IMG/VR virus record: IMGVR_UViG_3300038318_000128
Location: 1-39,724 of that record
DNA length: 39,724 bases
Strand: one strand, 5' to 3'
From: a virus
Taxonomy: Duplodnaviria > Caudoviricetes
The stretch's first letter is position 1; every line of letters begins with the position of its first letter. The translations under genes and the position numbers were made by a program. This document shows positions 34,385-39,724 of the stretch, piece after piece. The notes beneath the pieces were generated by a model. The model worked only from the letters and a program-made list of their open reading frames with translations. It was not told where the DNA came from and did no database searches.

Positions 34385-37279
34385 CTATCCCCTCCCATTA
34401 CTTCTAATGCTACGCCTATCTTGAGACTTGTAGATATAGGCATCTATTTGTTCGTTCCCAATATAGACATAGATATCGCCTACACCTGCCGATGTAGCAG
34501 GAGTACCAACTGCTTGACTTGAATTAGCTGGTAAAGTAGCTACTCCAGCTAACTGCTGAGCTACTGACCCCACGGCATTTTTGATTATCCCAGAATTTTG
34601 CAATATTCCTTGCGCGTACATTTTTATAAAGTTGGGAGCCCACTCGTCAGCTGTGCGTCCTGGACCTTCTTTGGTAGGAGACGAGAAGCCAAGAAAGTCT
34701 TTAACTGTGCTCGCGGCACCCTTGAGAGTACTTTTCAGGTCAGAGAACTTGGATTTTACACCACTAATAAAGTTATTCAACAGGTTCCTTCCCCAATTCC
34801 TAGCTTGACTAATTATGTTAGAGATTGTACTTTTAGCTGTATTAAATGGCTGTATAAGCGCGTTCTTGATAGCTCCAGCCATACTGGATATAGAGCTTCT
34901 AACACTTTGCCAAGCACTGGTTATATTACTTTTAATAGCAAACATAACTGACGTTAGGGTGTTTTTAGCTCCCTGTATAGGGGTTTCTATGGCTAGCTTA
35001 ATAGCGTTCCATACAGTTGTGGCTAGTTGCTTTAGAGAATCCCAGGTGTTTTTGAAAAAAGTTGCTACGGCAGTCCAAACATCGCTTACAGTCTTTTTGG
35101 TGTTTTCCCAATTAGTCTTAAAATAGTTCAGAATAGAATCCCAAATAGACTTGGCTTTATCTTTAATCTTATCCCAAGTATCTACAAGCTGTGTTGAGAT
35201 TTTACCCCATATTTCCAGGGTTTTCTCCTTTACCAAGTCCCAGTTAGCTATAATTAGCACTGCAAGTGCTATAACTGCCGCAGTTATCCAACCTACTGGG
35301 CCTAGCGCGATTACCCAGGCCGCGGCCATCTTAGCCGCGTGGAGTAAAGATTGAACTCCTGCCCAGGCCCACTTAGCCACCATGAGAGCCAATTGCCCGA
35401 CCATGACTGCCCCTTGAGCTACCGCCGCCACGCCCTGAGCTATGAAAGAGGCCACTACTTTAGCACCGTTTATGATAGCCGCAACTCCTAGCTTGATAAA
35501 AGCCCCTACTAACACAGCACCTACAACTAGAGCAATAGCTTTAAACCAAGGGTCAGCTTCTGCCCACTTCGCTTTAATAGCCTCCCAAGCTAATAACGCA
35601 GTACTTTTCACCTTTTCCCAAGCATTAACAGCACCTTGCTTCAGATAGTCCCAAAACCCAGCCAAGGTAGGTTTAGCTTGCTCTAAATCTCCTGTTAAAC
35701 CAGCTCCTACATCAAAGCTAGGCATGCTTACTTCCCCAGCTGATATATCGCCCAGGGCTAGCCCTTCGCCCAATCCCTCACCGCCAGAGACTGCCTCTTT
35801 TTGTAGTTGATTAATCTCGTCAAAAGGCTGTAAATTCTTGGCCGCCGCTTTACCTGCCTTTTTCAGCGCATCAGCTTGATCGTTCAGCGAATCCACAGAG
35901 CTAGCTGAGTTATCAGCCATTTGTTGTGACTGAGCTCCAAGCTCCTCTTGAGCTGTAGCACTATCGTAGACTGACTTTGAATAGTTGCCCCACATGTGTA
36001 TCCCTACTCCTGCGGCGGCAGAGATAGCCAATATTAACCAGCCTATAGGCCCAAGAGCCGACCATAAAGAGAATATTGCTACCCGCAATCTTGCCATAAC
36101 TCCAGTTAAAACCACGCCTTGCTGGGCCGCTAGAGCCATTTGCACTCTGTAGATACCCATAGCTTTACTAAGAGTGTTTAGTATGGGTATATTTGCCGCT
36201 AATTGGCCTCTCTCTATAGCTGTAATAGTAGCTAGAGCTTTCTTGGCTAATACAAGCATTTTCGTGATAGTTAAGTAAGTGCCTAGGGTTACTACGACAA
36301 ACTTGATTTGAGTTCCATATTGTTTCAGGAACCCAATTACAGCACGTATTACGATGATAAACCCATGCATAACCGCAGTTAGCAAGCTCACCAGTACAGC
36401 TATCTCAGGCCCAAAAGATTCCATGATAGCTTGCTTTAACCCAAACTTAGTAAAAGTATCATAAAATTTGGTGGCAAAGTCCCTCACCTTTTGGAGCCAA
36501 CTTACCAGCCCTTTAAACAAATCTTGGGTGATAGCTCCAATAGTCATTTGCCACACGTCTTTGATAGTAGAGGTTACGCCTTCCCAAGTATTCTCCATAT
36601 TCTTCATCATATCGGGGAATCTCTTGTTCATGCCATCTACTAGCATAGTTATAGCTTTATCAGCAGGTATTAAGCCTTTTTGTTGCATAGCCATAACTTC
36701 TGCGGTAGTTTTACCCATAGCATCGGCAAGTATTTCCCATGCTGGGATGCCTGTTTCGGTGAGCTGACGCATTTCTTCGCCAGATAGCTTACCTTTTGCT
36801 CTCATCTGCCCCATAGCCAGGATAATTCTGTTAATACCGTCTGCTCCCATGCCTAGCCCAGCAGTAGCGTTACCTACAGCTTCCATCAAAGGTAGTACTC
36901 TTTCTGCTTCAAAGCCATAAGCTAGCATTCTTTTTGAAGCTTCCAATAAGTCTGGGAATTCAAATGGTGTCTTAGCCGCAAAATCTGCGAGATTGTCCAG
37001 AAATACAGCCGCTCTTTCAGCACTACCAAGCATAGTCGTGAAGCCTATGGTTGATTGCTCTAGCAATGCGTTATAGCTTATAGCAGTACTTGTTATAGCT
37101 TTAAAGCCTCTTTTGACAGTCTCAAACAAGCCAACTCCTAGGGCTACAGAGAGAGCACCCTTAAACACCCCTCCTAATTTTGTGGCTCTTTGTTGCGTAT
37201 AACCTTCTAGCCTATCTAGCTCCCTCTCATAAGGTTTACGGTCTAGGCCCATAGAAGCCCATACTTCCCCAACTTGCAT
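34385..37279 (-). CDS. Tail tape measure protein
   Basis: 964 aa; FAAKTPFEF, GQMRAKGKLSGEE.RQL, 11-residue Trp repeats, FSSPTKEGP. Confidence 0.95.
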   Translation of the reverse strand: MQVGEVWASMGLDRKPYERELDRLEGYTQQRATKLGGVFKGALSVALGVGLFETVKRGFKAITSTAISYNALLEQSTIGFTTMLGSAERAAVFLDNLADFAAKTPFEFPDLLEASKRMLAYGFEAERVLPLMEAVGNATAGLGMGADGINRIILAMGQMRAKGKLSGEEMRQLTETGIPAWEILADAMGKTTAEVMAMQQKGLIPADKAITMLVDGMNKRFPDMMKNMENTWEGVTSTIKDVWQMTIGAITQDLFKGLVSWLQKVRDFATKFYDTFTKFGLKQAIMESFGPEIAVLVSLLTAVMHGFIIVIRAVIGFLKQYGTQIKFVVVTLGTYLTITKMLVLAKKALATITAIERGQLAANIPILNTLSKAMGIYRVQMALAAQQGVVLTGVMARLRVAIFSLWSALGPIGWLILAISAAAGVGIHMWGNYSKSVYDSATAQEELGAQSQQMADNSASSVDSLNDQADALKKAGKAAAKNLQPFDEINQLQKEAVSGGEGLGEGLALGDISAGEVSMPSFDVGAGLTGDLEQAKPTLAGFWDYLKQGAVNAWEKVKSTALLAWEAIKAKWAEADPWFKAIALVVGAVLVGAFIKLGVAAIINGAKVVASFIAQGVAAVAQGAVMVGQLALMVAKWAWAGVQSLLHAAKMAAAWVIALGPVGWITAAVIALAVLIIANWDLVKEKTLEIWGKISTQLVDTWDKIKDKAKSIWDSILNYFKTNWENTKKTVSDVWTAVATFFKNTWDSLKQLATTVWNAIKLAIETPIQGAKNTLTSVMFAIKSNITSAWQSVRSSISSMAGAIKNALIQPFNTAKSTISNIISQARNWGRNLLNNFISGVKSKFSDLKSTLKGAASTVKDFLGFSSPTKEGPGRTADEWAPNFIKMYAQGILQNSGIIKNAVGSVAQQLAGVATLPANSSQAVGTPATSAGVGDIYVYIGNEQIDAYIYKSQDRRSIRSNGRG

Positions 37280-37285
37280 TCTTGC

Positions 37286-37609
37286 TCACCTCCATATACC
37301 CTTGGATTTGGCATCATTTATGTGTTTCTCCCAAGACTTACTGGGTTTTATCAACTTATCCACTTCTTGTTTAAACTTCTTAGCTATGAAATCGTCGGGA
37401 TTCTTGGGCTTGAATCTTTTTCTAGCCAGCATACCAGCGATAGCCCCAAAACCATTAGTTATCACTGCGGCTAGAAAGGCCCATTTAGTCTGCTGTTCGT
37501 TGTATTCTTCCAAAAGCTTCTGCCTACTAAGCTCTTCCAAGATAGCCACTAACTCTCTAACAGTGAGTTGTCGCATATCGTCAATAGTCCAACCAAACTC
37601 TCGTGCCAA
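37286..37609 (-). CDS. Tail assembly chaperone, gpT-like segment (probably reached by -1 frameshift)
   Basis: No good RBS; its frame stays open back to the slippery heptamer at 37714-37708. Confidence 0.7.
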   Translation of the reverse strand: MAREFGWTIDDMRQLTVRELVAILEELSRQKLLEEYNEQQTKWAFLAAVITNGFGAIAGMLARKRFKPKNPDDFIAKKFKQEVDKLIKPSKSWEKHINDAKSKGIWR

Positions 37610-37644
37610 TAATACAACTACATCAGCAGTGAGCCAACTAGAAG

Positions 37645-37980
37645 CTAGCTCTGCGCCCCGGCTCGAACCAGCCCCATGATTGGCTTCATGAGCCGCTTGA
37701 TTCCGGTAAAATTTACATCTACAAACGCCTCAACAATCCCCTCTAGTTCAGACATATAGGCGTTCTTTACATCTTCCCCAGATATCTCTGGAAATATCAC
37801 AGGTATCTTTTCATACAGGAGCTCAAACCCAGCATTTTCCAAAAACTTGGTTAGGTCAATCTTTTGAATATCTCCTTCACTTTCCGGGAACAACTCGGTC
37901 ACCAATTTTTCCAACTCGCCAATACGCATTTCAATTATGCGTATATCTTTGCCGCCAAAGCTTACCACTTTCTCACGCAT
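37645..37980 (-). CDS. Tail assembly chaperone (gpG-like)
   Basis: Between the tail tube and tape measure genes; AGGAGG RBS. Confidence 0.75.
   Translation of the reverse strand: MREKVVSFGGKDIRIIEMRIGELEKLVTELFPESEGDIQKIDLTKFLENAGFELLYEKIPVIFPEISGEDVKNAYMSELEGIVEAFVDVNFTGIKRLMKPIMGLVRAGAQS
37708..37714 (-). promoter_or_regulatory. -1 ribosomal frameshift site A AAT TTT
   Basis: X XXY YYZ heptamer in the correct frame (GTA AAT TTT); the -1 frame is open into 37609..37286. Confidence 0.7.
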
Positions 37981-37992
37981 AGTATAGCCTCC

Positions 37993-38607
37993 TTAAAATC
38001 TTAGGTACAGTCTACCCGTACCTATAAACTCTATGGATTCTTCCACTAGGCCATCCACAGGGTCTTCAATACTGTCACCGTTGATAATAGCAAACCCCTC
38101 TAAACAATCCTGGGCTGGGCCAGAATCAGTGAAAAGCTTTACAACAACGGTTTCGCCTAGGGAGTCATAAAACTGTGTATCTCCCCAGTAAGCTTCTGCG
38201 CTCCCTGACCATCCATTGATAGTTCTTACAAAGTCTTTCCAGCCTTGTGATGCAAAAGTTGTAGCTTCAGCATCTTCCCCATCAGTATCTATGCTCCAGT
38301 TGAAAAATCCTCCTGCTGGTACTAGAGTTAAGTAGCTACCCGATACCTCTACAGTGGATTCAGAATCCAAGGCACTATTGAAAACTACATAACCCCCAGC
38401 ATGCTCTAAGGTGAAGCCTGAAGTAATCACTGATCCGTCCACTTCAACTAGCACCGGAACACTAGGCTCCCAATATCTGAGATTCAGGTCATCAATCTGA
38501 TATCGCTTGTAAGAAGCATCCCCTGTACAGGGTTCACTCGAAAAAGACACCGGGGCGGTGTTTACGTCAGAAACGTACACCGCACCAGTCATTCCAGTTA
38601 TAGCCAT
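37993..38607 (-). CDS. Second tail tube protein paralog with an inserted domain
   Basis: NWSID...ATTFASQGWKDF....GWSGS aligns with the neighbouring tube protein. Confidence 0.75.
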   Translation of the reverse strand: MAITGMTGAVYVSDVNTAPVSFSSEPCTGDASYKRYQIDDLNLRYWEPSVPVLVEVDGSVITSGFTLEHAGGYVVFNSALDSESTVEVSGSYLTLVPAGGFFNWSIDTDGEDAEATTFASQGWKDFVRTINGWSGSAEAYWGDTQFYDSLGETVVVKLFTDSGPAQDCLEGFAIINGDSIEDPVDGLVEESIEFIGTGRLYLRF

Positions 38608-38619
38608 ATTCTAACCTCC

Positions 38620-39003
38620 TTATACTGGCAACGTCAATTCACCTGTACCCTGGATATCACAACTAAAACTAGCTTTATCATCTACAGGCACCTCAATCGA
38701 AGGTTTTACTAAAGCTTGCCCAGTAAAAGACACAGTATCACTGACTTTAAATGTAAACGATAAAGCTTGACCAGAAGCCCAAGCGGAAAGGATGGCTTTT
38801 TGACCGTTTGTATCGTCTGGCTTGAAGTTGCCCTCAATACTGCCTGACCACTCTTTCAACCCGGCCAAGTACTCCTTCCATCCGTTTGAGTCAAAGCTGG
38901 TTATCTCGATGTCATCAGCTCCTAAATCCAGACTCCAATTTGATATCTCAGAAACTTTGTTGGCTCCTAGGGATACGCTTCCACCTTTTCCTGCTATTGC
39001 CAT
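38620..39003 (-). CDS. Tail tube (major tail) protein
   Basis: NWSLD...EITSFDSNGWKEYLAGLKEWSGS...QGTGEL. Confidence 0.85.
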   Translation of the reverse strand: MAIAGKGGSVSLGANKVSEISNWSLDLGADDIEITSFDSNGWKEYLAGLKEWSGSIEGNFKPDDTNGQKAILSAWASGQALSFTFKVSDTVSFTGQALVKPSIEVPVDDKASFSCDIQGTGELTLPV

Positions 39004-39006
39004 AGG

Positions 39007-39369
39007 TTATACCTCCTTTATAATCTCAAAATTTACAAACAACTCCACCCTGTTACTCTCATCGCGCTGGAATATCTCTGGAGAACCCCTTGCTTTAATA
39101 AGCAAATACCGGGTTCCTGACATGGTTACTTCATGAACCCCGTGGAGTTTTTGTATCGCCTCAGTGATATTTGACTTGGCTGTAGCATACGCTTTAGCTC
39201 TTGACCGTACTTGTAGCCCAGGGTATTCTCCGTTCCAATGAAGGTCAGGAGGACTTCCAGCATACTCAAACAAAGCTATACAAGTATCTGGAGAATCCGG
39301 CATATTACCTTCATATATAGTAGTAGATATTCCGCTATCTTGTAGATAAGAGCTTATTGATGCTAGCAC
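39007..39369 (-). CDS. Tail terminator-like protein (minor capsid 3 family)
   Basis: MPDSPD.CI.L.EY.G, LQVR.R, RDESNR...VNF; precedes the tube gene. Confidence 0.7.
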   Translation of the reverse strand: MLASISSYLQDSGISTTIYEGNMPDSPDTCIALFEYAGSPPDLHWNGEYPGLQVRSRAKAYATAKSNITEAIQKLHGVHEVTMSGTRYLLIKARGSPEIFQRDESNRVELFVNFEIIKEV

Positions 39370-39375
39370 TAAACT

Positions 39376-39624
39376 CTAACCCCCTCTCAAGGCTTTTTGT
39401 ATGGCTTTATCCATATACTTGTAAACTTTGCTCTTATTGCGGTTAAAAGCATCTTCCAAGTATTTGGCTTTGCCATGCTCATGCCGATATCCCAAAGCTT
39501 CGTGCTGTCTACGAGCATAAGGGGTATTAAAACTTATAAATACAGCTTCGTCCTTTCCTAGACTTTCTTCAAACAAAATAGACTGATTTGCTAAAGCGGC
39601 TTGGTATACTTGGCCTGAATCTGG
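39376..39624 (-). CDS. 3' part of the gp10-like neck gene that begins at 168
   Basis: In frame across the circular join. Confidence 0.85.
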   Translation of the reverse strand, partial: PDSGQVYQAALANQSILFEESLGKDEAVFISFNTPYARRQHEALGYRHEHGKAKYLEDAFNRNKSKVYKYMDKAIQKALRGG

Positions 39625-39724
39625 TAGACTTCCTACTGTAACTACTCCACTTCTTCTCAGTGTGCCAGATTCCATAGGAGTTTCATCGATAGCTTCTGTG
39701 AGTATGGCTTCTCCACCAATTCTC
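39625..39724. repeat. Terminal overlap (copy 2)
   Basis: Matches bases 1-100. Confidence 0.97.

Noticed and set aside
753-39136. Many antisense ORFs in the track (e.g. 753..1028, 4415..4738, 12794..13246, 28275..28691, 31718..32134)
   Set aside because: They shadow well-supported genes on the opposite strand and lack RBSs or motifs
1-39624. Prophage/lysogeny module, tRNA genes, reverse transcriptase or diversity-generating retroelement
   Set aside because: No integrase, repressor, cloverleaf, RT motif or template/variable repeat pair was recognised by eye
39625-39724. Biological direct terminal repeat
   Set aside because: About 100 bp, interrupts a gene, and the PBSX-type terminase suggests headful packaging; best explained as assembly overlap

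Overview
The window is a complete, circularly permuted siphovirus genome of 39,624 bp. Bases 1-100 are repeated at 39625-39724, and one neck gene reads across the join. The host is probably an S-layer-bearing Firmicute (Clostridia-like), judging from the SLH domain, strong GGAGG ribosome-binding sites (RBS) and a sigma-A promoter. No integrase or repressor is recognisable. Two divergent arms meet at a non-coding control region (9181-10025). The minus arm holds an ArpU/RinA-like late regulator, terminase, portal, a MuF-type minor head protein with a HEXXH extension, capsid, neck, tail and lysis genes, including an SLH-trypsin protease. The plus arm holds early and replication genes: HNH, a MoxR-AAA/partner pair, a Cas4-like nuclease, Sak4, SSB, primase-helicase, PolA, VRR-NUC and SNF2. 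Most notable are five things. (1) A DNA hypermodification set: an amino acid:DNA transferase and a 5-hmU-DNA-kinase-like enzyme, together with a thymidylate-synthase homologue carrying the cytosine-type Asp, a dCMP deaminase, MazG, a dNMP kinase and a DUF2284-like Cys-rich protein. This may be an undescribed pyrimidine, possibly cytosine, hypermodification route. (2) A twister-ribozyme-like RNA between early genes. (3) A boxA-containing, highly structured ~240-nt leader RNA. (4) Near-total avoidance of GCWGC. (5) An iteron-like origin candidate. All family assignments come from motif recognition by eye; no database search was run.
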